Shown here: one piece after another, positions 28,627 through 39,258 of the stretch
Position numbering within the stretch: position 1 is the first letter of the stretch
Layout: the number at the start of each line of letters is the position of its first letter
DNA from: an uncultured bacterium
Lineage (GTDB): Bacteria; Patescibacteriota; Minisyncoccia; Phycocordibacterales; CAIZLB01
Assembly (NCBI GenBank): GCA_903936565.1
Contig: CAIZVZ010000001.1
Location: 159,905 to 223,904, forward strand
Length of the DNA stretch: 64,000 nt
Reading direction: 5' to 3'
Notes under the pieces: model-generated
The model's input: the letters and a program-made list of their open reading frames with translations, nothing else
What the model was told of the DNA's origin: nothing
Databases searched by the model: none
Translations under genes and position numbers: made by a program

Positions 28627-30264
28627 CTAGTTTGCTGGATTAACCGTCGCGCTCACATTTAAGTTTAGGAAGTTGTTATCAAAACCAGTTTCGCTTCCTT
28701 GGAATATATGAATTGGCAAATACCCTGAATATGTTTTTGGCGATTTTCCATCTGCAGACAAAACAGAATCTTTAAAATGCAAATTCAAAGTGGTAGCACC
28801 ATTTACTCCACCACTTCCACCGCCCAGGATTCCATAAGTTGGGAAACCAACTCCGTAACCACGCGTACTATATCCAAATAAAGGACTTGCACCCACCGCG
28901 GTAATTGTCGTACTGAAGTTTTTATCCCCTTGCCCGTCTGTCATTGTCACATTGATACTACAAGGACTTATTGTATATGTTGTGCCATTAATAGTTAAAC
29001 TCTGTGGACATGTTGTATTTACAGTTGGAGTAGTTGGAGGCGTTACAGTTGTCGGAGGTAGAGGAGGATTTGGTGTTACCGTAGGTGGATTCTGAATTAC
29101 CGGAGTCGTTGGTGTTGTAGAGACTGGAACACCGTAAATATTACCAGTAGTTGGACCGGTAGAAACAGGAGTCTCACTTTTTGGAATGATGACTGAATTG
29201 TTATAATTCAAATCTAACTTTCCGTTTAATACTAGATTAGAATTAATAACTTGATACAATGAAGTACTATTTATAAACCTGATAGAAACTTCATGTGTTG
29301 CAAAGTTGCTGTGTTGTTTTACATTTAATGAATCAAACAACGGCACAATAGTATCACATCTATTTACCCCATCCGCCGTTGCATCAAGCGACGCTGTGAC
29401 ACCGGGTGGGCAAATTAACTTAATACCAATACTATATGGCTCCATTTTGTTATTATCATATTTTACTGTGTATGTTACTAATTCATATGTAAAGAAATGA
29501 CCAACAACTTTAGATGTGAAGCTGAGATCAGAATTGGCTGGACTAGTTGTAATACTTGAAATTAGAGTTGATATGTTTGACATTTCAGCGTTTAAGGAAG
29601 CTCTAGTCTCAGGACCCACAACCCCAGTCACACTACCAATACCCTTCGACTGTTGATATCCCGATACTGCATTTTTTGTATTTTGATCAAATGATCCATA
29701 GATTGTACCCGTTGTCATATTTAACCAACCTCTAGAAACAAGAAACATTTGCAATGCAGTAACGTCATTACCCGTAGATCCTATATCTAAAGTTCTAGAT
29801 ATAGTTGTGATGCCACCAGATGATACAGTGGGTAGCGTTGAGCCAACAGAGGGATTATTTACAGACGGTCTACCGATAATAGTTGAGGTTGTAGTTGTTG
29901 GACCGCCAACAGCTGTTTGTCCCGCACACGACTGTATCTTGATCTTCTCTCTTGTTATCGGCCCAACATAACCTGTTGCACTTATATTGTTTGCTAATTG
30001 GAACTTCTTAACAGCTGCCGTTGTCATAAGTCCAAAGTAGCCAACGGGGTTGGAATTAAGATACCCGCCAGCTTGTAAAAAATCTTGCAAAACAGATACC
30101 TCCCCATCTGTCTTTGCGTCATTCATCTTGTATCTTAGATTATTGACTATAGAAACACACGATGAATCACCTTGAGGATCAACATCGCCGCTAATCGCTG
30201 AAACAAAGTTTGGTGCTATAACCAAAGCAAGTACAGCAATTAACCCTAATAAATATTTATTCAT
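28627..30264 (-). CDS. Secreted protein with two peptidoglycan-binding domains and a Pro/Thr linker
   Basis: VSVLQDFL..GYFGLMT.AAVKKFQ; LDIGSTGNDVTALQ. Confidence 0.88.
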   Translation of the reverse strand: MNKYLLGLIAVLALVIAPNFVSAISGDVDPQGDSSCVSIVNNLRYKMNDAKTDGEVSVLQDFLQAGGYLNSNPVGYFGLMTTAAVKKFQLANNISATGYVGPITREKIKIQSCAGQTAVGGPTTTTSTIIGRPSVNNPSVGSTLPTVSSGGITTISRTLDIGSTGNDVTALQMFLVSRGWLNMTTGTIYGSFDQNTKNAVSGYQQSKGIGSVTGVVGPETRASLNAEMSNISTLISSITTSPANSDLSFTSKVVGHFFTYELVTYTVKYDNNKMEPYSIGIKLICPPGVTASLDATADGVNRCDTIVPLFDSLNVKQHSNFATHEVSIRFINSTSLYQVINSNLVLNGKLDLNYNNSVIIPKSETPVSTGPTTGNIYGVPVSTTPTTPVIQNPPTVTPNPPLPPTTVTPPTTPTVNTTCPQSLTINGTTYTISPCSINVTMTDGQGDKNFSTTITAVGASPLFGYSTRGYGVGFPTYGILGGGSGGVNGATTLNLHFKDSVLSADGKSPKTYSGYLPIHIFQGSETGFDNNFLNLNVSATVNPAN

Positions 30265-30364
30265 GATAATTTTAATTTATTTTATATTTTTGTAAAAACC
30301 AATGTTACCTTACTAGTATAACATTAATATTATATCATGGGACCAGACAGTAAGATGGCAGTTG

Positions 30365-31021
30365 TTATTTAAAACCCTTCTCCGAAAGATACATCTCCAT
30401 TTGAATATCATAAGCTATCTTACCAATCACAAGTAGTATTAAAGACGGCATTGTTGAATGAGTCATTAGTGTTGGCAAAAAACCAACGAGGGCAAGTATT
30501 ACTAACGCAAAGACCCTACCAAAAGGACCGAACGTCGGATCATTCACCCGTTCATCGCCAACTGCTGTGGCGGGTAATTCATACCCCTCCTTGTATTCCC
30601 CCTCTCCAATAAATTTACTGAAAAATAAGTATATTTCGTTAATTACTAAAATTACAAAAATTGACGTATTTGTCGCAAAAATAGATGCAAAATCACTAAA
30701 TATTTTATAATCGCTCGGTAGGACAAAATTACCAATAAGATCTGGGTTCAGAAAGATATATGTAAACATATAAACTGCCGGTAGAAGAACCACAAAAGGA
30801 GCAATGAAAAGAAATAATGCGAATAACATATTCACAGGGTATCTCCTATAATAAACTATTATTTTAGGAACATTCAACATACCAGACGCCAATGTCTGAA
30901 GCCAGAAAATGAACAACATATTATATACCGACCAATCATAAAATATAACACCCAAAACTGGTATTAAATTAATTATAATTGCAATGAAAATATTTATATA
31001 TAATTTTTTACGTTTATTCAT
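30365..31021 (-). CDS. Membrane protein (DUF6498-like)
   Basis: NLIPVLGVIFYDWS..L..FW; PFGRV. Confidence 0.7.
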   Translation of the reverse strand: MNKRKKLYINIFIAIIINLIPVLGVIFYDWSVYNMLFIFWLQTLASGMLNVPKIIVYYRRYPVNMLFALFLFIAPFVVLLPAVYMFTYIFLNPDLIGNFVLPSDYKIFSDFASIFATNTSIFVILVINEIYLFFSKFIGEGEYKEGYELPATAVGDERVNDPTFGPFGRVFALVILALVGFLPTLMTHSTMPSLILLVIGKIAYDIQMEMYLSEKGFK

Positions 31022-31027
31022 ACATGC

Positions 31028-31384
31028 TTATTTTCCAGGAATAAACTCCATAGAAATTGAATTTACGCAGTAGCGAGCGTTTTTTGGAGTCAATCGTTCA
31101 CCTACAAACAAGTGCCCCAAGTGCCCACTACAATTTGCGCATGTAATTTCTGTTCTCTCACCATCGGCGTCAAGATGTTTATGAACCGCACCAGCTATCT
31201 CGTCATCAAAACTTGGCCAACCACAATCAGATTCAAATTTGTCTTTTGAATTGTATAAAGGTGCACCACATTGGCGACAAATATAAATACCCGTTTCTTT
31301 ACTGTTTACATATTTACCAACAAAAGGTGCTTCGGTGCCTTTGTCGATAATTACTCTTTTTTCTTCTGGTGTCAGTTCTGTCAT
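31028..31384 (-). CDS. msrB: Methionine-R-sulfoxide reductase
   Basis: [29 protein letters not shown]. Confidence 0.96.
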   Translation of the reverse strand: MTELTPEEKRVIIDKGTEAPFVGKYVNSKETGIYICRQCGAPLYNSKDKFESDCGWPSFDDEIAGAVHKHLDADGERTEITCANCSGHLGHLFVGERLTPKNARYCVNSISMEFIPGK

Positions 31385-31442
31385 TTTTTAATTATACCAA
31401 AAAACACGAATACAAACACTCTAATTTATAAGAGAAATTATA

Positions 31443-33614
31443 TTAGTTCGCTTTGATTGTAAACACATCGTCACTCGCGTCATAAGTGCTATGATCCGCA
31501 CTATCAACACCTATCTTATATTGTCCAGCAGGTATACTTGATGGAATAGTCCAGCTAAAACTACCTGAGCCGTCTGCACCAACGTAATTAATACCACTTC
31601 CACCACTATATATTACATACTGTTTCAAATAATCGGCTGAACCTACTGTACGATTAGTCAATATAATATTATCAACATTTTGTCCCATGTTAGTTGCTGT
31701 CCATCTTATTGTATTCGTTGATCCAACTTGCAATGTCTCTCCACCATTTGGAGACTGAACGGTTAATGTAGGAATAATATTTTGAGGAATAATTCTAAAT
31801 GGATTACTTTGAGTATACATGTCAGCTGTACTCATATATACAACGTAATCAGAACCAGATGGAGCTGTAGCTGGAATAGTCCAATTAAAACTACCTGTGT
31901 TACCAACTGTTTTTGATAATAACGCACGAGTTGAACCAAGTGAAGTTGCGTAGACTGCTAGACCAAGACTGTCATTGGATGTGTTTATTCCTGTAGCATT
32001 CCACTTAATGGTAATCGGAGTTCCCGCTTGATATATCCCACCGTTAGGTTCAGTAATATTGACCGTGGCTTTGTTGGATGCTGCCTTTATCGTAAAATAA
32101 CTATTACCAAATGCGAATAGGCCAACATTAGACACACCGGCCGACACACTTGTTGGAACTATGTATATAACATAATTTCCTGCGGACATTGTCGAAGGTA
32201 TTGTCCAATTAAATGTTGTATTAGCAGACCAATTCATAGCAATATTTTGCACACCTGAACCATAACTTCCAACATTTGTTGAATTTCCACCGTAATAGGC
32301 AAATATATTAAATCCGTTTGGCGCTTGTTGTGTGGTTAGATTTGTAGAAAATGATATCGGAACAGTTTGCCCATGAGTGTATTGCTCACCGCCGTTTGGT
32401 GAAATAACTTTTACATAAGGCTGGCCACTCGAAGGTAAGACCTGAACAGAACACATTGATCCAATCAGTGTCTGTCCGGCAGGACAAGTAGATACTGGTG
32501 AATAGGGATTCACAGTGGGCACAGTATTATTTACTATAGTAAATGTAGAATCGCTATTGTCTGCCTGCGCACTTCCGTATGTAGCGGGCGCATCAGCGTA
32601 AACCGTAACGTCAACCTTGTAATTACTTCCAGTCACAATATCTTCTGGTATTTTAACTGTAGCAGAACCAGAGTTAGTTAAGTTATCAAAAGTAGCTTTA
32701 ACTACATTACTCTGACCTGGAATACTCTCTTCTAAATAAATCTTTACTCTACTTGATGGCGAATAATTAAAACTACCACTTTCGGTTTTCCAAGTTATTA
32801 ACATAGATTGGCCGGCAATAAACGATCCTCCACCATTTGGACTAAGAACATAAACTTGAGACCATGTCTGTGATCCATTACTAGTTGGTGGTATTTGAAC
32901 ATTAACCTTCGAGGTTCCCAAGACACCTTTATTACTATCGAAACCAGTTAGAGTAAGGTTAACTGTTTGTCTAGATCCGCTATAGTTTTTAAACCAGAAT
33001 GCTTTATTAAGTACATTTCCATTATTGTTACCATTTGTTCCCATTTGGTATGATTCATTACATGAAGCTCCAGGAACTGTGTTTACATCTACCTTTAGAG
33101 GACATTTAACATAAAGATCCCATGAAGAAACTGGTTTCGATAAAGTTCCACCATTAAACGACAGGTTTACTTGATAAGTTCCAGCGACAGTACTACTAAG
33201 ACTTGTATCCTTTGTAAGAGTTATTAGACTAGTACCTGAAGGTGTAGATGAACCAACACTTATATAGGGTAGGTCAGAACATATTTGGCTTTTAATTTTT
33301 TCTCTAGTTATCGGACCAACATATCCAGTACTCAATATATTATTTGCTAATTGAAACTTTTTGACAGCAGCTTGAGTCATTAAACCAAAATATCCTGTTG
33401 GTTCAGACTTTAAAAATCCATTCATCTGTAAAAAATCTTGAAGGGTTGAAACATCCCCATCTGTTAGAGAATCCTTCATTCTATAAGATAGGTTGTGTGT
33501 GATTGAGGCACAAGAGGTGCTAGTATTTGGGTCTATATCCCCTGGTACTTGTGCAAAAGAAACTGCAGGAAGTAGCGTAAGGACCAAAGCCGATGTAAAT
33601 AAAAATCTGTTCAT
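31443..33614 (-). CDS. Secreted peptidoglycan-binding protein with repeated SPNGGE Ig-like domains
   Basis: PG-binding N-terminus; four SPNGG/EPNGG...I.W...W.IP modules. Confidence 0.88.
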   Translation of the reverse strand: MNRFLFTSALVLTLLPAVSFAQVPGDIDPNTSTSCASITHNLSYRMKDSLTDGDVSTLQDFLQMNGFLKSEPTGYFGLMTQAAVKKFQLANNILSTGYVGPITREKIKSQICSDLPYISVGSSTPSGTSLITLTKDTSLSSTVAGTYQVNLSFNGGTLSKPVSSWDLYVKCPLKVDVNTVPGASCNESYQMGTNGNNNGNVLNKAFWFKNYSGSRQTVNLTLTGFDSNKGVLGTSKVNVQIPPTSNGSQTWSQVYVLSPNGGGSFIAGQSMLITWKTESGSFNYSPSSRVKIYLEESIPGQSNVVKATFDNLTNSGSATVKIPEDIVTGSNYKVDVTVYADAPATYGSAQADNSDSTFTIVNNTVPTVNPYSPVSTCPAGQTLIGSMCSVQVLPSSGQPYVKVISPNGGEQYTHGQTVPISFSTNLTTQQAPNGFNIFAYYGGNSTNVGSYGSGVQNIAMNWSANTTFNWTIPSTMSAGNYVIYIVPTSVSAGVSNVGLFAFGNSYFTIKAASNKATVNITEPNGGIYQAGTPITIKWNATGINTSNDSLGLAVYATSLGSTRALLSKTVGNTGSFNWTIPATAPSGSDYVVYMSTADMYTQSNPFRIIPQNIIPTLTVQSPNGGETLQVGSTNTIRWTATNMGQNVDNIILTNRTVGSADYLKQYVIYSGGSGINYVGADGSGSFSWTIPSSIPAGQYKIGVDSADHSTYDASDDVFTIKAN

Positions 33615-33697
33615 ATTGTTATATATACTGTTAGACTAATATGAGCAGTATAGCAGATTTGGAAGGATAATTACAGCTACATGTTACTCCTGAACAA

Positions 33698-34843
33698 TTA
33701 CTTCCCTAACACACTCCACAGACTTGGATCACTCACTCCATCAACCTTATAAACTGCGACCCCCTTTAATTTGTAAGCCTTTGCAATCTTTATCTTATCA
33801 GCAACAGACACAGCGTCGCTTATGGTCACCATCCTAGTTGAAGTACCTTTTGAATAAATAAATCCGAGCTCCCCTGCCGAGTTTCTAGACATTATGCTAT
33901 TTGTTGATGAAGCCAAAGCTACCGCATCAGCAAAAGTTAAACTACCAATTCTATTGTAGGTAAAGGATGAGTCTACTGCAGAACTCTTTCTTGTTATTTC
34001 ATACTGTCTACCGTAAGTGGCAACAGCCAGAGAAATTTTACTTGGAGAAATTGTTTTTATAGTTTCGTTCAAAACTTTTCTAACCCAACTTGAATCTGAT
34101 ACCGGCATATAAGGCTGACCCCTACCGCTCAACTTATTCAATTGCAAATCAATATTTTCCTGATCGTATGCTAGTACCCTAACTTCATCGCAATATTTAT
34201 TTATCATTTTATAATCGTTAGCATACTCCATTTTCTTTGGAGGATTTACAAATCTTGCACCAACTGGAGTTCTAGCCTCTATTGTGCAAACAAGAATCTT
34301 TTTTGAAGAGTGAAGCTGTGTGGCAAGTTTTTTGAGAAAATCTGAGAAATACGGGGCTGTCTCTGCCAACTTACTTTCATAATCAATATCAAGACCATCG
34401 ACAGTGTTTGTTCCTGTTGCATTCGCAATCTTCATTAATTGATCAATGTGAAATTGCTTAGTTGTTGTTCCAGATAGAACTGTATGTATTGAATCTTCAT
34501 CAAACCACGCAATTGTTGGAATTATTTTTACTTCCTTTGATTTTGCCATAGCATAAAGGTCTGGCCACGGAGCCTGTGTTGATTTTATCTGATCCGTGAT
34601 TGTTCCATCATCTTTGACTTCGTATGAAAATGGGCTAAGTTCTTGAAATTGTGAAATATGAGCTATAGCATCCTGCACACCTAGAGTCTTGGACCAATAT
34701 GGAATCCAAGCAGAATATACAAGTGTAGTTTTTGAGGCGACTGTTTTAGACGCCGAGGCTGTAGCCGTCGCCGCAGAGGAAATCGTCGGTAGAATAAACA
34801 CGATGAGCAAAAGTGAAAATGCTATTTTTTTAAATGATTTCAT
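33698..34843 (-). CDS. Secreted GH18 glycoside hydrolase
   Basis: Catalytic DGLDIDYE, LAYD, ATYG. Confidence 0.88.
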   Translation of the reverse strand: MKSFKKIAFSLLLIVFILPTISSAATATASASKTVASKTTLVYSAWIPYWSKTLGVQDAIAHISQFQELSPFSYEVKDDGTITDQIKSTQAPWPDLYAMAKSKEVKIIPTIAWFDEDSIHTVLSGTTTKQFHIDQLMKIANATGTNTVDGLDIDYESKLAETAPYFSDFLKKLATQLHSSKKILVCTIEARTPVGARFVNPPKKMEYANDYKMINKYCDEVRVLAYDQENIDLQLNKLSGRGQPYMPVSDSSWVRKVLNETIKTISPSKISLAVATYGRQYEITRKSSAVDSSFTYNRIGSLTFADAVALASSTNSIMSRNSAGELGFIYSKGTSTRMVTISDAVSVADKIKIAKAYKLKGVAVYKVDGVSDPSLWSVLGK

Positions 34844-34918
34844 ATAGTATTATCCTATCACAAAATCGAGATGGTGACCCAAGTTCAGTTTATGCTCTCA
34901 GGTCTGAAATATTATTTT

Positions 34919-36598
34919 CTAATTTTGAATCTCTTTTAATAGCCTCGAAATATCCAAAAGCGAGACCCCTAGCCAATCCTTATGCGATTCCATTTCTTCG
35001 GAGAACGAAATTGTTTTAACTATTGGTTCAAGAAGGGTAGAATATTTGGAGTCAACCACTTCTATTTTGACAAAATCATCTATAACACCACCAGAACCTC
35101 CACTACTAACTGGACCGTATGGTAATAAATATGATTTACCGCCATTGATTTTAAACATAGGAATCAAGGAATATGTCATAGTTTCATCTGGTTTTATCAC
35201 CACAGCACTACTCATCATCTTTTCCCTATTTGTATTATATGAATATTTATTTAGTATATCTTTCTTGATCTCATATAAATAATAAATATCCCCGTTTTTA
35301 AACTTACCCATTAAGTCATCATCCTGTATTTTGAAGACAAACTTAATTACTAATTTTCCAGCCTCATTATGTAAATTTAGAGTTCGAGTAGACGCATCTT
35401 GCTTAATTGTCCAAACCTTAGGAATATATACAGAAAATCCATCACCAGGTGAATACCTAATTACTGAATTCATGGCGTCACTTAGACTATCTGTGCTTGA
35501 GCTATTGGAATTGAAGCTGGATTCGGATTTAACAAATACCTCCTGCGGAACAACATCTAACATACTCCAGAAATCTCCGCCTATTTGATAATCGCCATTT
35601 CTAAAAGGTTGAATTTTAATACTAGATTTTACACTTGCGCTATTTTTAGAATCAATGAATTTCACATTCAAAACGCTTGCAGAAGAAGCAATGATACTTT
35701 CCTTGTTGCACACATCAACTTCTTTAGAATTTATAAAAGCTTGAGTGTTCCTTTTTTCATTTTCACATTCAATGTTTACTTTGTAATAAGAAACTTTTTT
35801 GGAAGGGTCGTTAAGATATACATTAACCTCGCCATCACTCACAATAACCCGACCTTCACCATTCATGTTTTTCTTATCAACCACGTAATACATATCAGGA
35901 TATTCTGGTATTTTTGCGACCTTATTAATTAATTTAAGAGAAGTTGCTACTTTCTCTAACGTACCATATTCAATAGCATAAGATATTGAATACAATCTAT
36001 CTCCATCCAGGTGATACATTATTTTTCTATCGATATTTTCAATTGATCCATCTTTATGACTAACTACAAGCCAATTAGTACAATTGTAACTCAGTGTTTC
36101 TGATGAAATATAAAGTTTACCAAAATATTTTCTGGCATAGTCAACAGGATTTGTACCTGGATCCACTTCGACAGAAGAGAACATCAATTGTTCATTGCTA
36201 TTTTTTTTAGCCACCTGAACAGTCGGCCCGTATTCCGATATCCAATATCCGTCTGAAGGAAATTTAAATTCAAATCCGTAATTAGGATTAGAATATGTTT
36301 TCCAGCCAGTTAGATCGTAAGTAGAAGTTGCGTTGCAAGCTATTTTAACTGGTGGTTTGTTTATAAAGTAAAAAATTAAGAGGCCCACTATTAGTATAAA
36401 AATTATACTAATAGTACCGACCATGATCTGCTTTTTTGAGTTCTCCACCTTTACCACACCATTATCTTGAACAGGCAACAAATGCCCTGGTTGAATTGGA
36501 TCTAAGATTTGGTCATCTGGCATGCTGGCATCAGATGAGACAATCTCTAGTGATGGATTAACATTGTGATCTTCTACCGTGCTATCTTCAGAATTCAT
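34919..36598 (-). CDS. Membrane-anchored protein with PsbP-like segments
   Basis: TM helix, WKTYSNPNYGFEFKFP, GFSVYIPKVW. Confidence 0.7.
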   Translation of the reverse strand: MNSEDSTVEDHNVNPSLEIVSSDASMPDDQILDPIQPGHLLPVQDNGVVKVENSKKQIMVGTISIIFILIVGLLIFYFINKPPVKIACNATSTYDLTGWKTYSNPNYGFEFKFPSDGYWISEYGPTVQVAKKNSNEQLMFSSVEVDPGTNPVDYARKYFGKLYISSETLSYNCTNWLVVSHKDGSIENIDRKIMYHLDGDRLYSISYAIEYGTLEKVATSLKLINKVAKIPEYPDMYYVVDKKNMNGEGRVIVSDGEVNVYLNDPSKKVSYYKVNIECENEKRNTQAFINSKEVDVCNKESIIASSASVLNVKFIDSKNSASVKSSIKIQPFRNGDYQIGGDFWSMLDVVPQEVFVKSESSFNSNSSSTDSLSDAMNSVIRYSPGDGFSVYIPKVWTIKQDASTRTLNLHNEAGKLVIKFVFKIQDDDLMGKFKNGDIYYLYEIKKDILNKYSYNTNREKMMSSAVVIKPDETMTYSLIPMFKINGGKSYLLPYGPVSSGGSGGVIDDFVKIEVVDSKYSTLLEPIVKTISFSEEMESHKDWLGVSLLDISRLLKEIQN

Positions 36599-36703
36599 TT
36601 TTTATATAATTAGATTTAATATAAAAATTATACCACCCTTCTGGGATATTACTAAATCATAAATTAAGTTTAAATCCAGAAATTCTAGTAAATTATTATG
36701 AAA

Positions 36704-37975
36704 TCATAAAAACAAAAGATTCTTATCCAAATCTTCAGAATCGGTTCCGCCCTTATCAGCCTTGTGATCAATCGCGCTCTTGGTTGATCCAAGGTAAATA
36801 ACAATTTTACCAAACTTCTCTTCCAATGTATCGATTTGTTTATGTATTATTTCAAACTTAGATGCCCGAGTATTACTTCCAAACAAATCGTCCTGTGGAA
36901 CAAAGTCCGTCATCAAGTCTAGTAGCGTCACACCAGTTGTTCTATACAACACTCCCCTTTTATGAATATTTTCAAACTGAACATGAGCTAGCGAAAGCAA
37001 AATCTCTGGCGAGTTTGATGGTGAAGGTAATAAAATTAAAGCCGTTACAAATTCAAAATCCTTGGTTTTGAGAAAGATGGAGAACTTTTTTGGAACCAAA
37101 TTGAAATGCCTTGCCTTTCTGCAAGAGTCCTCAATATGCTTTGAAAGCTGTGACCATAAAAAAGTTTTATCATTTGTCGACGGGTGAAATGAACGAGTTT
37201 TCTGAATTGATGAATAGACAGTCTTCGATGCAGAGTCTATCTCCATAATAGAAACACCGTGAAGTTCCTGCCAGATTGTCTCGTAAGGTTTTGACAGAAT
37301 GAGCTTAATCCACGCAATATCTTTATCGTAAAAATCTTTTGCTGTCGTTATACCTTTCCTATTCAATTGCTCTGCTGTTCTTGGACCTATACCCCAGATT
37401 TTTTTTATGGGAACTTTTTGCAAAAAATCTGCAGCTGTTTTGTTTTCAATCACAGTTAAACCATTTGGCTTGACCCAATTCGATGCCACCTTTGCCAAAA
37501 CTTTTGTTGAAGCAAGACCAATTGAAACAGAAAGATTTAATTCTTCATTAACCTCCCTTTTAATTCTCTCCGCAATTTGCAGGTAAGACATACCGAGTGG
37601 TTTATCGAGACCAGTTAATTCACCAAAACACTCATCAATACTATACTCCTCCACATCATCAACGTATCTCCTAACTATATCAAACATTTTTGTAGAATAT
37701 TCCACGTATGCTCGATAATCTCCCGGAAGGATTACTACCATAGGAAATTCTCGCTTTACCCTAAATATCGGCATACCTCTAATTATCCCAAGTGCCTTAG
37801 CTTCATATGAAAGCGCAGAGACAATTCCACGTTCCTGCCCGGTAACAACAGGTAGCCCGCGAAGCTTTGGATTCTTTGCAATCTCCACACCAACAAAAAA
37901 CGCATCTCCATCTATATGAAGGATGACCTTTTCTCTTTTGACGATGGTACTAGTGTTGGATTCAGATGGACTCAC
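36704..37975 (-). CDS. dinB: Y-family DNA polymerase IV
   Basis: HIDGDAFF, SYEAK..G, YSIDE, KPNG, IWGIG. Confidence 0.93.
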   Translation of the reverse strand: MSPSESNTSTIVKREKVILHIDGDAFFVGVEIAKNPKLRGLPVVTGQERGIVSALSYEAKALGIIRGMPIFRVKREFPMVVILPGDYRAYVEYSTKMFDIVRRYVDDVEEYSIDECFGELTGLDKPLGMSYLQIAERIKREVNEELNLSVSIGLASTKVLAKVASNWVKPNGLTVIENKTAADFLQKVPIKKIWGIGPRTAEQLNRKGITTAKDFYDKDIAWIKLILSKPYETIWQELHGVSIMEIDSASKTVYSSIQKTRSFHPSTNDKTFLWSQLSKHIEDSCRKARHFNLVPKKFSIFLKTKDFEFVTALILLPSPSNSPEILLSLAHVQFENIHKRGVLYRTTGVTLLDLMTDFVPQDDLFGSNTRASKFEIIHKQIDTLEEKFGKIVIYLGSTKSAIDHKADKGGTDSEDLDKNLLFL

Positions 37976-38025
37976 CTGATTATTCTAGCATGCCTTTAGG
38001 CTATTTATTTCTAGACAAAAGAATA

Positions 38026-38052
38026 GCCACCACATCCGCTGGACGTGGTGGC
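38026..38052 (-). terminator. Terminator hairpin
   Basis: gccaccac/gtggtggc stem after the 38101 ORF. Confidence 0.65.
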
Positions 38053-38100
38053 ACTTGAAACTTTTTTACCCCTAGGTGTTTCTAACCCTTAATCACTTCC

Positions 38101-38871
38101 CTATGCGGCGGCAGTTGGCAGATAGACCGAGCGCATGGCTCTATATTCTGAATCGGCGAATCTGACCTCCTGATCCTCCGTTGTTTTGGAGTATCCGAGG
38201 CTCTTGGTTGGAACGATGTTCGGATCCCGAACCGCTACGACACGATAGAAGTCGTAGAGAGTTTCGTTTCGATTAAACGTCCCGCCGACACGGCGTTTTT
38301 TGGGCCCACTCCTGACGACGGGGCAGTCAATCATCCAAAAATACCGATCCCCCTCGTTACACCCGACACCTGCAATCGGGAACTTGGTCTGCAGATTGGG
38401 TTTCTGAGCGCTGAGAGCCAGGATTTCTTCGACCAAAACTGGCCGATATCCATATGCTGTCAGCTCTGCAAGAACCTCTTTGTGAGACATCTGACGACCC
38501 TTACCGAAGTGAAAGATGGTCAGGTTCACGTCCTCTTCATGGGCGCCCGTGAATGAGCGATCAGGGATGGACTCGGCAGGTTGTGTTTCGCAACCAGTCA
38601 AAGCCGCAGACTGCCGCAGGGTGAGCTGGCGATTCAGCCTTACCGTCACACTGAAGTGAGTAGGTTCGGGCCATTTTTCCAATCCGAGCGCTGGTCTGAC
38701 ATCACCCCGCACAAGATACCCGCGCCTGCGGATACTCTCGACGAGATCCGTCAGGATTCCAGACTCTAGGATTTGCTGCCATTCTCCCCGGGTAACACCC
38801 AGTGGGGCGAGCACATTTTGGTAGAGATGCTCGAGTTGTTCTTCTGTCAGTTGATTATTATTCGTTTTCAT
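38101..38871 (-). CDS. Hypothetical protein (GC-richer)
   Basis: 256-aa ORF with its own promoter and terminator; ELTAYGYRP..EILAL..PNLQ. Confidence 0.75.
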   Translation of the reverse strand: MKTNNNQLTEEQLEHLYQNVLAPLGVTRGEWQQILESGILTDLVESIRRRGYLVRGDVRPALGLEKWPEPTHFSVTVRLNRQLTLRQSAALTGCETQPAESIPDRSFTGAHEEDVNLTIFHFGKGRQMSHKEVLAELTAYGYRPVLVEEILALSAQKPNLQTKFPIAGVGCNEGDRYFWMIDCPVVRSGPKKRRVGGTFNRNETLYDFYRVVAVRDPNIVPTKSLGYSKTTEDQEVRFADSEYRAMRSVYLPTAAA

Positions 38872-39149
38872 TGCTAACTTTCCGTATTATTGGAGGTTTG
38901 TGTTTTGTTGCAAAGTTTAGCCACATAGGTTTTTCACCGCAACATAAAATTGACAAGACATACTTATCATCTATATGTTGCAGTGAAGGGTAATTTCAAA
39001 AAACTAGGCTGGTATCATAGTATCACATATATACATTTATGTCAATACAGTCATAAATAAACCCATTTTGTAATAATTTTGAAACTGGTTAGATCAGGCA
39101 GATACCGGAAGAACGCTATCCAAATAGGTTTATTTACATATTGATTGAA

Positions 39150-39256
39150 CTTTTATTTTTTACAATCTTGTACATAACTACTATTGGTAAAATATACAAG
39201 ACAGCGATTACAACATAACCCCCAACGGCAATATTGTCATTGAAGATAGATTTAAG
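39150..39256 (-). pseudogene. 3' remnant paralogous to the membrane protein at 49560-49928
   Basis: LKSIFNDNIAVGGYVVIAVLYILPIVVMYKIVKNKK versus KFIFNGDVSIGGPVLIALLYILPIVVMYRIIKNKD; no start codon. Confidence 0.75.
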
Positions 39257-39258
39257 AC

